64,000 nt of DNA from an uncultured Gammaproteobacteria bacterium (GTDB taxonomy: Bacteria > Patescibacteriota > Microgenomatia > Levybacterales > UBA12049), in assembly GCA_964598995.1 (NCBI GenBank), contig CAZRDR010000021.1, positions 537 through 64,536 of the forward strand. The letters are read 5' to 3'. Position numbers and translations under genes: made by a program. Positions 40,115-49,978 of the stretch are shown one piece after another (the first letter of the stretch is position 1; each line of letters opens with the position of its first letter). Below the pieces are notes generated by a model that saw only the letters and a list, made by a program, of their open reading frames with translations, did not search any database and had not been told where the DNA came from.

Positions 40115-40897
40115 TTAACTACTAGCGCTGCTATACCGCTTCAACGCCCCTCTCCACGCGTAAAGACTTAACGCTAAAAGCCCTATACTAAAGCCAAAGG
40201 CTATCATGACTCCAGATGGTGTAAGTATTCCTAAAATCGCGTGAGTTGGTAATGTAATCATCGCGGCAACTGGAAGAATAAAAGTAAAGACGAGAGTTAG
40301 CGGTTTGGGATAAATCTGTAAAGGCAGTCTGCCTAACTGGGTTAATTCACGAAACATCCAGATGGCATTATCGACTTCAGTTGTGACGATGCCTAATGCT
40401 AATACCAAAATATGCATGGACATCGCTGTCACTAACCCATTAATAACCATCAAAATATAAAGAATAATCTCTCCAAGTGTTATATGTCCTATGTGCGAAA
40501 TGACATAACCGATAAATATCCCTAAAGGCACCAATGTAATTAGATCTAAGATATCACTCCCCCCGAAAAGAGAACGAAGTAAAGGAGATAATGGTTTGGT
40601 CAGAACCATATCAAAATTACCTGAGACGATATAACTTCTAAAACGATATACATCCCGCCATAAAAACTGCGAAATAATATCGATAAGATTAAAGGTAAGG
40701 AAAAACATCATTACCTGCCACAGACTAAATCCCGCAATTAATTTCGTTCTAGAAATAAGAAGATACAGAAAGACAATAAAGAATATAAAACGAATTATTT
40801 TCCCTAGCGTAAATAAGACGACGCCAAGTCGAGAAGCAAAAGCGATCTGTGTTAGCTGGGTGGTTACTTTGAACCAAAGATAAAGATATTTTTTCAT
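40115..40897 (-). CDS. ABC-2 family (DUF990-type) permease
   Basis: Multi-TM; GNFDMVLTKP, GRLP..IYP, RYSSASS C-terminus. Confidence 0.85.
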   Translation of the reverse strand: MKKYLYLWFKVTTQLTQIAFASRLGVVLFTLGKIIRFIFFIVFLYLLISRTKLIAGFSLWQVMMFFLTFNLIDIISQFLWRDVYRFRSYIVSGNFDMVLTKPLSPLLRSLFGGSDILDLITLVPLGIFIGYVISHIGHITLGEIILYILMVINGLVTAMSMHILVLALGIVTTEVDNAIWMFRELTQLGRLPLQIYPKPLTLVFTFILPVAAMITLPTHAILGILTPSGVMIAFGFSIGLLALSLYAWRGALKRYSSASS

Positions 40898-41688
40898 ATG
40901 CCTTGAGCCGTGTATTCTTTAAGACCTCTCGCCCATACCTGCTTTACGAGTAAATACATAAGACCTATCCAAATCACTAAAATAGCAAAGCCTCGCATCG
41001 TATCACTCGCACTCACCTCACCAAGATATAATTTCGTTGGGAAATAAATGAGGTAGGAAAAAGGCAAATATTGCAGAATTGTATAGAGTGATTTAGGTAA
41101 AATATCAAGCGGTAACAGACTCCCAGCGAGAAAGCCTACGGTTTGGTAAAAAATAAAACGCGGACCCCACGTCTCATTACTCCAAAAACCGATAAAACTA
41201 ATCGCAACGCTTATAAAAAAATACAGAATAATTCCTAAGATGAGACTAAACAAACATAAAGTAATAGAAAGGATATTCGTCTGGATCATAAATGGCGGAT
41301 GGAAGATGAGGAAAAATAGTAATAGTTCAGAGATTGAGAAAATAATATTCATGACTTTATCACCAATGTCCCGCGCAAAGTAATAAGATAGATAAGACAA
41401 TGGGCGAAGGAGAAATGTCGTCAATCCCCCTTCGTTGATCTCACTTGCGATATTTGTCGTCCGAGTTGAGAAGACTACATCTGATACGAAAGCAGAAATA
41501 AGAACATACGTTATCAGTGAGATTTGTGAATATGATGCAAAACTTCCAGTTCTACCAGACACATAAAACCAAAGAAAATAAAGCGAGAGTAACTGGAGAA
41601 CTTCCCGTAACCTGTAGACGATAAAACTTGTTCTATACGTTAACGTCTCGATCCAGGTATTTTTAGCAACTATCCAATACTTTTCCAT
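40894..41688 (-). CDS. ABC-2 family (DUF990-type) permease
   Basis: INEGGLTTFLLRP, GSLLPLDILP, LPFSYLIYFP. Start refined to ATG 41688. Confidence 0.85.
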   Translation of the reverse strand: MEKYWIVAKNTWIETLTYRTSFIVYRLREVLQLLSLYFLWFYVSGRTGSFASYSQISLITYVLISAFVSDVVFSTRTTNIASEINEGGLTTFLLRPLSYLSYYFARDIGDKVMNIIFSISELLLFFLIFHPPFMIQTNILSITLCLFSLILGIILYFFISVAISFIGFWSNETWGPRFIFYQTVGFLAGSLLPLDILPKSLYTILQYLPFSYLIYFPTKLYLGEVSASDTMRGFAILVIWIGLMYLLVKQVWARGLKEYTAQGI

Positions 41689-41689
41689 C

Positions 41690-42478
41690 TTAACTGCTAG
41701 CACTCGTATATGATCGTAAAGCAAATTTCCAGTAAAGCCTCGTGAGGATTAAGCAGACCACTGCAAAGCTAAAAAAGAATAAACCATTTAATAATGAAAG
41801 CTTGCCTAAAAATCCGTCAAGCGGTGTCACTCCGAGAATTGTCATAGAAAAAACAACTAAAAAGACGATAAAGCCTAATTCCTGATAAATCTGTGGTGGA
41901 TACCTCGTCACACTATTTAAGTTATAGAGAATCTCAGGCAGATTAGTCAGTCGTGTAAACCAAATAGACAGGACACAGACAACAAACCAAATACTGTAAA
42001 GAATAAACAATCCAATCAGCATTAACGGTATACTCATGATCACGTTAATAAGGCTGATATGAATATCAAAAGTAACACTGACATACCATAAAAAAACCAG
42101 CGCTATTAAAATTCGTGACAGGCTAATGATGCGGATGAACCAGACACTAACTAATACCTGTGAATCAATTGGTTTGAGGAGGTAGGTATCGAGTTTTCCT
42201 TGTTGGACATAGAGTGGGAATCGTTCTAAGTTACTTGAAAAAAGAGCATGAAAAATAGCGATAATAAATTGATTCACGATGGTAAGCAAAAGTATCTCTG
42301 CACGACTCCACCCCAAGACAGTATTTACTCGCGAAGTAATTAGGAGCGTAGAAAAAATTGAAAAGATTCCCCAGATAGTTCCCGATATTAAAAAATTAAT
42401 AAAGTTTGCTCGATACGCAGTTATCTGAGAAAAATTAATAATTAATAATCTTTTGTAGACATTGAGATAATGTTTCAT
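41690..42478 (-). CDS. ABC-2 family (DUF990-type) permease
   Basis: YRANF, GWS..E, GKLDTYLLKP, RYPPQIY, RSYTSASS. Confidence 0.85.
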   Translation of the reverse strand: MKHYLNVYKRLLIINFSQITAYRANFINFLISGTIWGIFSIFSTLLITSRVNTVLGWSRAEILLLTIVNQFIIAIFHALFSSNLERFPLYVQQGKLDTYLLKPIDSQVLVSVWFIRIISLSRILIALVFLWYVSVTFDIHISLINVIMSIPLMLIGLFILYSIWFVVCVLSIWFTRLTNLPEILYNLNSVTRYPPQIYQELGFIVFLVVFSMTILGVTPLDGFLGKLSLLNGLFFFSFAVVCLILTRLYWKFALRSYTSASS

Positions 42479-42479
42479 C

Positions 42480-43275
42480 TTATTGACCTACGCCAGTATA
42501 CCCAGCAACTCCTCTCTTCCAAAGAACGTTATAAATAAATCCAAGTACGAGTATCCAAAGGATTTGTAACATAAGATACATAAACGCCGTCGGGAAATTA
42601 TATTTCCCTTCCAAAATTGTTAACGGGTAATACACCATATACGCGAACGGTAATAATTTACTGACGATCTGCAAACTCTGGAAAAAACTCAAGCGGCATA
42701 ATAAATCCTGCCAAGACGAGTAGTATGATATCTGAAATATTTTGGATACCACGAAAATCTGTAAACCAAAATGCACTAATTCCTAAAAGCATTTTAAAAA
42801 GGAATGAAATACAAAAACCACACAGTAATGAGATAATAGCGAGGATAAAAATCAATGGATCGCTGGTTATAGAAAAGAATGAACCAAAAAATCTCGTTAA
42901 TACAATGACGACCAAAACGCTAAATACCCCTTGAAGTAATCGCCAACTGATCTCTCCTACAAAGTGATTCCAAAAGTAGGAAAATGGGCGCATCAGATAC
43001 GTACTCAACTGCCCTTCCTGAATATCTCGCACCGCGACATCTTCCTCACTATGAGCGATAAGAAACGAACCCGCAATAACGAGTAAGAAATAATACGATG
43101 TTACCGATGGGAGTGACCACCCAACGATAGTGTGATTACTACTCCCGTAGACTGCAATCCAATAAGCAAGACTTATTAACGGACCAATGATTGCTAAAAG
43201 TAACCAGACAAATGATCGGCCACGGTTCTCAAATGCATCTTGAAAGTGGAGGAGAAATATTCGGAAGTAGCGCAT
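42480..43275 (-). pseudogene. ABC-2 permease split by a frameshift near 42680 (or a sequencing error)
   Basis: ORF 43275-42658 ends ...MPLEFFP and ORF 42776-42480 continues QSLQIVSKLLPFAYMVYYP. Joined, they align with the paralog sequence PLDILPKSLYTILQYLPFSYLIYFP. Confidence 0.8.
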
Positions 43276-43280
43276 AGATG

Positions 43281-44270
43281 TTATTTAGCTTCTTGTTTAT
43301 TAGCCACAAAGAAGCCGGCAATAACATCTTCCATCTGCGGATCTTCTATAGTTATATCTTGAACTGGTAACTCTTTCAGAATTTTAGATGCGATTTCATT
43401 TGCCTCATGCTGCTTGATGCGTACTTCCCATTCTGGGAAAGTAAAGTTCCTCGTCTCCCCAAAATGAGCTAACTTTTTCTCATCAACTTTCTCTGAGAAC
43501 ACGACTTTAATAATTTTATACGGTGCATGTTTTTTAACCAGGTCTGAGAGGAGTCCATCATAAAGAATCTGTCCAAAATTAATAACAATAACTCTTTTAC
43601 ATAATGCCTCCACGTCTCCCATGTAATGAGATGTAAGGATGATAGTTGCGTTATATGTCTCGTTATATTCCTTCAAAAAATCTCTGATCGTTTTCTGCAT
43701 CACGACATCAAGTCCGATTGTCGGTTCATCAAGAAATAATACTTTGGGTGAATGGATAAGCGCTGCGATGAGTTCCATCTTCATACGCTGGCCAAGCGAT
43801 AATTTGCGAACCGGAACATGGAGAAAATCTTTTACCGCAAGTCGAGTCGAAAGATCTTCAACTACTTCGTTAAACTTGTCCGTCGGGACTTCATAGATTT
43901 CTTTATTAAGCAGGAAAGTGTCCATTGCAGGCAAATCCCACCATAATTGATTTTTCTGACCCATAACTAAGGAGATTTGCTTAAGAAATTGTGACTTACG
44001 ATCAAATGGCGTAAAGCCTAAGACTTGAACTTTACCCTTAGTCGGATAGAGGAGTCCCGAAAGACATTTCAGAGTCGTTGTTTTGCCTGCGCCATTTGGT
44101 CCGATAAAGCCAATAATTTCTCCTTCATCAATTTCAAATGAGATATTCTCAACAGCTTTAACTGTTTCATACTTACGAGCAAAAAGAGACTTAATTGACC
44201 CCGTAAAGCCAGGCTCTTTCTTGTGGACTGAGTAATATTTAGAGAGGTGATCGATGTTGATGACTGCCAT
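43281..44270 (-). CDS. ABC transporter ATP-binding protein
   Basis: GPNGAGKTT, LSLGQRM, FLDEPTIGLD, LTSH. Confidence 0.95.
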   Translation of the reverse strand: MAVINIDHLSKYYSVHKKEPGFTGSIKSLFARKYETVKAVENISFEIDEGEIIGFIGPNGAGKTTTLKCLSGLLYPTKGKVQVLGFTPFDRKSQFLKQISLVMGQKNQLWWDLPAMDTFLLNKEIYEVPTDKFNEVVEDLSTRLAVKDFLHVPVRKLSLGQRMKMELIAALIHSPKVLFLDEPTIGLDVVMQKTIRDFLKEYNETYNATIILTSHYMGDVEALCKRVIVINFGQILYDGLLSDLVKKHAPYKIIKVVFSEKVDEKKLAHFGETRNFTFPEWEVRIKQHEANEIASKILKELPVQDITIEDPQMEDVIAGFFVANKQEAK

Positions 44271-44286
44271 ACACAGCCATTATAGC

Positions 44287-44316
44287 AAAAAGAGGCTCCA
44301 TACCTGGAACCTCTTT
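44287..44316 (-). terminator. Intrinsic terminator after the HU gene
   Basis: AAAGAGGTTCCA-GGTA-TGGAGCCTCT-TTTT. Confidence 0.8.
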
Positions 44317-44335
44317 CACAGCAACACAATCAAGG

Positions 44336-44608
44336 TTATCTAATAACCTTCTTAAAGGTTTTACCAGGGGTAAAACCAGGTGCTTTACGCGCACTTAACG
44401 TAATGCGTTCACCTGTTTTGGGATTTCTTCCAACACGTTGTGCGCGACTGCGTACACTAAAAGTCCCAAAGCCTGTGAGAACTACCTTCTCACCCCTTTT
44501 TAAGGAGTCTCTTATCGTATTCAGCGTAGTTTGGACTGCATCACGAGCAGCTTTGTTCGTGAGATTTGATTTCTTAGCAACGACTTCAATAAGATCTTTT
44601 TTCGTCAT
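44336..44608 (-). CDS. hup: Histone-like DNA-binding protein HU
   Basis: MTKKDLI, GFGTF, RVGRNPKTG; GGAGGTG SD upstream of ATG 44608. Confidence 0.95.
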   Translation of the reverse strand: MTKKDLIEVVAKKSNLTNKAARDAVQTTLNTIRDSLKRGEKVVLTGFGTFSVRSRAQRVGRNPKTGERITLSARKAPGFTPGKTFKKVIR

Positions 44609-44706
44609 AAAAATCACCTCCTAAAGGAGAAATGAAAAAATTATTTCTTAGATTTAAGGTACAGGGAATAGAGGTGCTTGTCAAGAGATCACATTGATAC
44701 ATCAAG

Positions 44707-45966
44707 CTATTTTAATGATTCGTAAGAGGCAAGAAGAAATTTACCTTGATAAGATCCAAGCGGGATAAGCCCTTCCGGTATCCCAAAGGCAGTGTTTGCA
44801 ATTTCATGTTCCTCTCCAGATTTAACATTAAATATTTTGTAGTTTTTTGACTCATAATCAATTCCAAATAACTTGTCTCCTACAAAAATACTATAGTCGG
44901 TAAAACCACTATTTGGCAATGCAGGATCCAAAGTTGAGGTAGGTATGTGAAAGAGATATATAGAATCTTTGGTGAGAATAGCTAGAATATCCTTATTATC
45001 ATTCAGTAGGATATTCTTAACTTTCCCCTTAATTTGGCTAAGGTCAAACAATGGAGTAGTTACCTTTGAAGTCACTTTCATCAAATTGATTTTACCATCG
45101 GCAAAAGTGTAATCTTCAAAGGAGTACTCCTCAGGTGTTTGTTTAAGCTCTGCGAGAATAATGCTATCTTCCTTTGGTAAGGATCCTATAAATCGCGGGT
45201 TGTTATTACATCCCATTCCTGTCTTAGTCAACTCTTGATTACCAGATGTGGTAACTCGATAAATCTCACCATAGCCACCGCAGCCATCTCCCCCAAATGA
45301 CCCGATAATCTGACCTGCACTAGACGTAAACAGATACTCAGCATCCCCATAAATAACTGGATCTATCGTCGTAAGTTCTGTCTCTTTATTTGATGTTGTA
45401 TCAAAAAGACGTACTGATACTTTCTGGCTATGCTCATAATCTAAGGCTTTGGTTGTGTAAAAGACTTCATTATTGTCACTTATTACAGAACCGGGTCCAT
45501 AACCCGAGGCAAAAGTAACTGGTGAGACTCTAGCTTGGCTAGATGTTCTAAGGTCAAATTTATATAGCGTATTCTCACTAATAAAGTAAATGCTGTTATT
45601 ATTATCCCACGTATGAAATAATCTGGGATTACTTTCGGATTTATAACCTCCTAAGAGGATAAATTTCTCACCATCAAATGAATAGATCTTCATATTTGCA
45701 TCCTTAGGTACGGTAACGGTTGGGACTACTGTTGGAGTTATTTCTTTACTGACTTGAGTTGGAATAGGCACCGTAGCTGACTTCAATTTCTGAGAAGCCG
45801 TATTTACTATAAGGAGCATGCCTGCAATTCCAAGTATTAACACTGCCACAAATCCGATTAAGAGAAATTTCTTTCGTGACCTATGAGGAGGTGGCGGTAC
45901 AGAAGGCTGAGAAGGAATTTGAGCTATTTGAGGCTGCTGTTCTAATGAAGGTTGAGGTTGCTCCAC
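44707..45966 (-). CDS. Hypothetical single-TM surface protein (beta-rich, possible propeller)
   Basis: Q/P-rich N-tail, TM, PT-rich linker and beta-rich ectodomain. Probable GTG start at 45966; the ORF track gives 46002. Confidence 0.7.
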   Translation of the reverse strand: MEQPQPSLEQQPQIAQIPSQPSVPPPPHRSRKKFLLIGFVAVLILGIAGMLLIVNTASQKLKSATVPIPTQVSKEITPTVVPTVTVPKDANMKIYSFDGEKFILLGGYKSESNPRLFHTWDNNNSIYFISENTLYKFDLRTSSQARVSPVTFASGYGPGSVISDNNEVFYTTKALDYEHSQKVSVRLFDTTSNKETELTTIDPVIYGDAEYLFTSSAGQIIGSFGGDGCGGYGEIYRVTTSGNQELTKTGMGCNNNPRFIGSLPKEDSIILAELKQTPEEYSFEDYTFADGKINLMKVTSKVTTPLFDLSQIKGKVKNILLNDNKDILAILTKDSIYLFHIPTSTLDPALPNSGFTDYSIFVGDKLFGIDYESKNYKIFNVKSGEEHEIANTAFGIPEGLIPLGSYQGKFLLASYESLK

Positions 45967-46007
45967 ATACTCATCTTTACAGACATTAACAGGTAAAGTC
46001 AAGAATA

Positions 46008-47279
46008 TTAGATCGTATGTTCAGGATAGACTGAGCGGAACTCTCGGATAGCTGTTACTTTCACTCCACCTGCGACAGCTAGTGCCTTACTGACTTCTTC
46101 TTGGATCTTTTTAGAAAGAATGACTGTCTGAGCATCATCTAAACGTCCTGGATTAATAATGACGCGTAACTCACGACCAGCTTCGAATGCATACGCATCT
46201 TCGACTCCATCATATCGCTTGGCAATTTCTTCCATTTCCTTAAGTCTCTTACCATAGTTCTCGATATCTTCAAAACGAGCACCAGGCCGAGCACCTGAGA
46301 TCGAATCTGCGATATGAACGATGACTGACTCAACACTTGAGAATGGCTTATCTTCATGATGTTCTGCGACACAATTAACGACTGTCTCAGGAAGGTTAAA
46401 GCGCTTGAGGTATTCAACGCCTAACTTAACGTGACTTCCCTCTCCTTCAATGACTTTTCCGATATCATGGAAAAGACAGCCTAAGCGAACGACGTTTACA
46501 TCTGCTCCAATTTCATGAGCGATTTGGATACCAATTTTTGTCTCTTCAAGGGTATGAACAACTAAATTCTGGCCAAATGACGTTCGGAATTTAAAGCGGC
46601 CACGCGTCTGATAAATTTCACTTGGAAGGTTATACACACCGACTTCAGCAGCTAATTTCTGTCCTTCCTCAAACATAATCTTCTCAACTTCTTTACGAGT
46701 CTGTTCGACGATCTCCTCGATGCGGAATGGCTGAATACGGGTATCTTTAAGAAGTTTTTCAAGAGACTGACGAGCGATCTCGCGACGGACACTATCAAAT
46801 GACGAAAGTCTGATGACTCCTTCTTCGTCTAAATCAACATCAACACCAGTTGCTTGTTCAAAGGCGCGAATATTGCGTCCTTCTTTACCGATGATGCGAC
46901 CTTTCATCTCTTCATCAGGGACTTTAACAACAGTAACGGTGTACTCAGCGATATAATCGAGAGCTCCATGACGCATACTGTCAACGAGGATCTCACGAGC
47001 TTTCTGATCACCAGTTGTTTTTGCCTCTTCTTCTTTTTCTTTAATGATTCTCGCGATCATCGCAGCTGAATCACGTTCTGTTTCCTCAAGGAGTGCTTGT
47101 CTTGCTTCTTCACGAGTTAAGCCAGAAGCTTGCTCAAGTTTTTTGAGGTAATCTTGTCGTTTTTTCTCAAGGTCTTCTTTATCTTGTTCGAAACGCTCTA
47201 ACTTTTCTTCAAGTTTTTCTTGACGTTCAAGAAGCTTTTTCTCAAGTAAAATTAAATCTTGTTGTGTAGAATCTGCCAT
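46008..47279 (-). CDS. rny: Ribonuclease Y
   Basis: Coiled coil, KH (KGRIIGKEGRNIR), HD (FHDIGK, ADSISGARPGAR), AGRELRV. Confidence 0.95.
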   Translation of the reverse strand: MADSTQQDLILLEKKLLERQEKLEEKLERFEQDKEDLEKKRQDYLKKLEQASGLTREEARQALLEETERDSAAMIARIIKEKEEEAKTTGDQKAREILVDSMRHGALDYIAEYTVTVVKVPDEEMKGRIIGKEGRNIRAFEQATGVDVDLDEEGVIRLSSFDSVRREIARQSLEKLLKDTRIQPFRIEEIVEQTRKEVEKIMFEEGQKLAAEVGVYNLPSEIYQTRGRFKFRTSFGQNLVVHTLEETKIGIQIAHEIGADVNVVRLGCLFHDIGKVIEGEGSHVKLGVEYLKRFNLPETVVNCVAEHHEDKPFSSVESVIVHIADSISGARPGARFEDIENYGKRLKEMEEIAKRYDGVEDAYAFEAGRELRVIINPGRLDDAQTVILSKKIQEEVSKALAVAGGVKVTAIREFRSVYPEHTI

Positions 47280-47382
47280 AAATGTTTGAAGAGTAGGAGA
47301 GGACAGCGATTGCTCGCTTATACTTAGTTTCTAAATAATAGAGACGAAACGTAGTGCATATAACTTTGTAACACTTCTCTTG

Positions 47383-47871
47383 CTACTCTTGGTCATTATT
47401 ATAACCCGTTTTGAGGATATCGTCAATTACACGGCGAATTATATCAAAGTCAAATCCTCGTCTTCCTAGATATGCACCCATCCGTCGATATTGATCCTGG
47501 CGCGGAAGAGCTGTAACTTTTTTGTGATACTTCCGGGCAAGATCTAACGCCTTCTCATAATCAGTCTTTGAGTCTTCTGTTTTTTCACTCATTACTTGCT
47601 CAATAATCTCGTCCTTAATTCCTTTTTGTCGTAGTTCAAGCTTTATGACTCGATCACTTTTGGATTTAAATCTCGTCCTACTTTCTTTCCACCACCTCGC
47701 AAATTGCTCATCATCCTGAAATCTTTGCTCTTGGACTTTTTCGATGACTGCTTCGATAACATCTAGTGGAGCTTTCTTCTTCGTTAAATAATCACGTAAC
47801 TCTTTCTCAGAGCGAAACCGACGAGAAAGCTGGAGGAGGACTAACGTATAATACTTTTCAAATTGGTCCAT
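47383..47871 (-). CDS. recX: Regulatory protein RecX
   Basis: RSEKELRDYL, DDEQFA, ELRQKGI, YLGRRGF; directly downstream of recA. Confidence 0.9.
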   Translation of the reverse strand: MDQFEKYYTLVLLQLSRRFRSEKELRDYLTKKKAPLDVIEAVIEKVQEQRFQDDEQFARWWKESRTRFKSKSDRVIKLELRQKGIKDEIIEQVMSEKTEDSKTDYEKALDLARKYHKKVTALPRQDQYRRMGAYLGRRGFDFDIIRRVIDDILKTGYNNDQE

Positions 47872-47895
47872 GGAGACTACTGAGAGTAGTAAAGA

Positions 47896-49005
47896 TTATG
47901 GGGTTGGGACTGCTTCATCTTCTGCATCTTCATCTTCTTCAACGCCAACCGCAACCGGCATACCCCCATCTTTACTCCTACTCATAATCTCTTGTACGAT
48001 TTTTTTCGTATCATCAGGATTTTCTTTCAGCCAATCGATAGCTGCTGCTTTTCCTTGACCTATTAACTGTTCGTTATACCTAAAGAATGCGCCTGATTTA
48101 GAAATAACATTCATCTCAACACCGACATCTAAGACACCGCCCTCACGTGAGATACCTTGCTCGAAGACATCAAACTCCGCGAGTCTAAAAGGTGTCGAAA
48201 CTTTATTTTTGACGACTTTAACACGATGCCTCGAACCGATCACTTTATCACCATCTTTAATCGTCTCAATCTTTCTGATGTCCATACGAACTGAGGCATA
48301 GAACTTAAGCGCGAGTCCACCTGTCGTTGTCTCTGGATTACCAAACATAACGCCGATTTTTTGACGGAGCTGGTTAGTAAAGATAACAACTGTTTTTGAC
48401 TTAGAAATAACAGCTGTTAATTTGCGAAGTGCCTGGGACATCAGACGGGCCTGGAGTCCGACAACCGCATCGCCCATCTCTCCTTCAATTTCTGCACGAG
48501 GAACCAAAGCTGCAACTGAGTCGATAACAAGAACATCAATACCACCACTGCGAACGAGACTCTCAGCAATTTCAAGAGCTTGCTCTCCAGTATCTGGCTG
48601 AGAAATAAGTAATTCGTCAAGCTTTACACCTATTCGCTCTGCCCAGAGTGGGTCGAGTGCATGCTCTGCATCAATAAAAGCTGCAATTCCGCCATGCTTT
48701 TGGGCTTGCGCAATTGTTGAAAGACAAACAGTCGTTTTTCCTGAAGATTCTGGTCCATAGACTTCGATAATTCTTCCGCGGGGCAGGCCTCCGACGCCAA
48801 GCGCGAGGTCTAGCGGAAGACAACCTGTACTAACAACTGAAATATCTAATTTCCCCGCAGCATCGCCAAAGCGCATGATAGACCCTCGACCATACTGTTT
48901 TTCGATCTGATCCATTGCCATACGGATGGATTCGAGTTTTTGTGATGCGTCTGTCTGAGGCTGAATAACTGCAGAAGATTTTGCGTTATTTGAAGACCTT
49001 GCCAT
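47896..49005 (-). CDS. recA: Recombinase A
   Basis: [47 protein letters not shown]. Confidence 0.99.
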   Translation of the reverse strand: MARSSNNAKSSAVIQPQTDASQKLESIRMAMDQIEKQYGRGSIMRFGDAAGKLDISVVSTGCLPLDLALGVGGLPRGRIIEVYGPESSGKTTVCLSTIAQAQKHGGIAAFIDAEHALDPLWAERIGVKLDELLISQPDTGEQALEIAESLVRSGGIDVLVIDSVAALVPRAEIEGEMGDAVVGLQARLMSQALRKLTAVISKSKTVVIFTNQLRQKIGVMFGNPETTTGGLALKFYASVRMDIRKIETIKDGDKVIGSRHRVKVVKNKVSTPFRLAEFDVFEQGISREGGVLDVGVEMNVISKSGAFFRYNEQLIGQGKAAAIDWLKENPDDTKKIVQEIMSRSKDGGMPVAVGVEEDEDAEDEAVPTP

Positions 49006-49171
49006 AAAGTAGGATCATAATACCGTTGTTTCGTATTTTTTACAAGCCATCATACTGCCTCTTTCTATATCACTTTTTAGCCTCAAAATTAGCCTTAAAC
49101 GTAACGATTATAAGCTTTAAGGATTGGTAAAGTAGAGATAACTTTGGTAGAATCTTTTCAAGCTTGTAAAC

Positions 49172-49301
49172 AGGATATAAAACACAAAATCGCTGGCTCT
49201 TGAGTCCCGATTTTGTGATCCTTAAAGGGAAATCGTTGGGACGGACTGAAAGGAGTCCACTTGCTGGACAAGTGATAAAATAAATCGTGAGGTTTGTCCC
49301 A
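49172..49301 (+). ncRNA. Candidate structured RNA upstream of tRNA-Pro
   Basis: Long hairpin AGGAT..CACAAAATCG / CGATTTTGTG-ATCCT and a multi-stem junction closed by TGGGAC/GTCCCA. TGgTAGAAT -10 box at ~49145-49153. Confidence 0.4.
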
Positions 49302-49308
49302 TTTGTCG

Positions 49309-49379
49309 CGGGGATTAGTTTAACGGTAGAATGCGCGGATGGGGTCCGTGTGACCGGAGTTCAATTCTCCGATCCCCGA
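49309..49379 (+). tRNA. tRNA-Pro(GGG)
   Basis: Acceptor CGGGGAT/ATCCCCG plus A73; D-arm GTTT..GAAT; anticodon stem CGCGG/CCGTG with loop AT-GGG-GT; T-arm CGGAG-TTCAATT-CTCCG. CCA is not encoded. Confidence 0.93.
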
Positions 49380-49404
49380 CTAAAAAATGCTAAACTAAAT
49401 TTAT

Positions 49405-49935
49405 ATGCCTTGGAAACAACTCAGTCGTAAAACGATAATAGATAACAAATTCCTTAAAGTCTATGAAGATGAGGTAGAACTCCCAAATGGTCATATCATC
49501 CCCGATTACAGTGTCATTGAAAAACAAAGTTTCTCGATGGTAGTGGCTTTAGATAAAGACAATAACGTTATAACGATTGATGAATATAAATATGCTATCG
49601 GTAAGACGATTCATACGCTTCCGGCTGGATGCTTTAACACTGGCGAGTCACCACTTGAGACAGCAAAGCGTGAACTCATGGAAGAAACAGGATACAGTGG
49701 AGGGATATGGGAAGACCTCGGTGAGTATTATGAATATCCTTCTAAAGACTCACATGTTGTTCGCTTTTTTAAAGCAACTGGTGTTGAAAGAACAAGTCAT
49801 ATGAGCCATGAAACAACAGAAAATATTGCGCTGCGAGTTATTAATCTTGAAAAATTAAAAGAAGAAATAAAAAATCACGAATGGCCAGCTAACGCAACAC
49901 TTGCTGCCTTCGTAGCAGCTGGTTTACTCAATTGA
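49405..49935 (+). CDS. Nudix hydrolase (ADP-ribose pyrophosphatase-like)
   Basis: LPAG...GESPLETAKRELMEETG Nudix box. Confidence 0.9.
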   Translation: MPWKQLSRKTIIDNKFLKVYEDEVELPNGHIIPDYSVIEKQSFSMVVALDKDNNVITIDEYKYAIGKTIHTLPAGCFNTGESPLETAKRELMEETGYSGGIWEDLGEYYEYPSKDSHVVRFFKATGVERTSHMSHETTENIALRVINLEKLKEEIKNHEWPANATLAAFVAAGLLN

Positions 49936-49978
49936 ATAAATCTTTGCACATATTCCTCAATTGGCATATACTTTATAC

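Noticed and set aside
41697-41706. TAGCACTC CIRCE-like half-site
   Set aside because: It lies inside coding sequence (YTSASS) and has no matching second half-site.
2270-48200. Isolated non-consensus residues (Clp LDMREY, RNase Y TRGRF, RecA KVSTPF)
   Set aside because: These are single substitutions that could be real variation or consensus errors; they cannot be interpreted without reads.
49243-49280. Hammerhead ribozyme (CTGA...GTCCA/TGGAC)
   Set aside because: The core reads CTGAAAGGA instead of CTGANGA, and no GAAA follows stem II.
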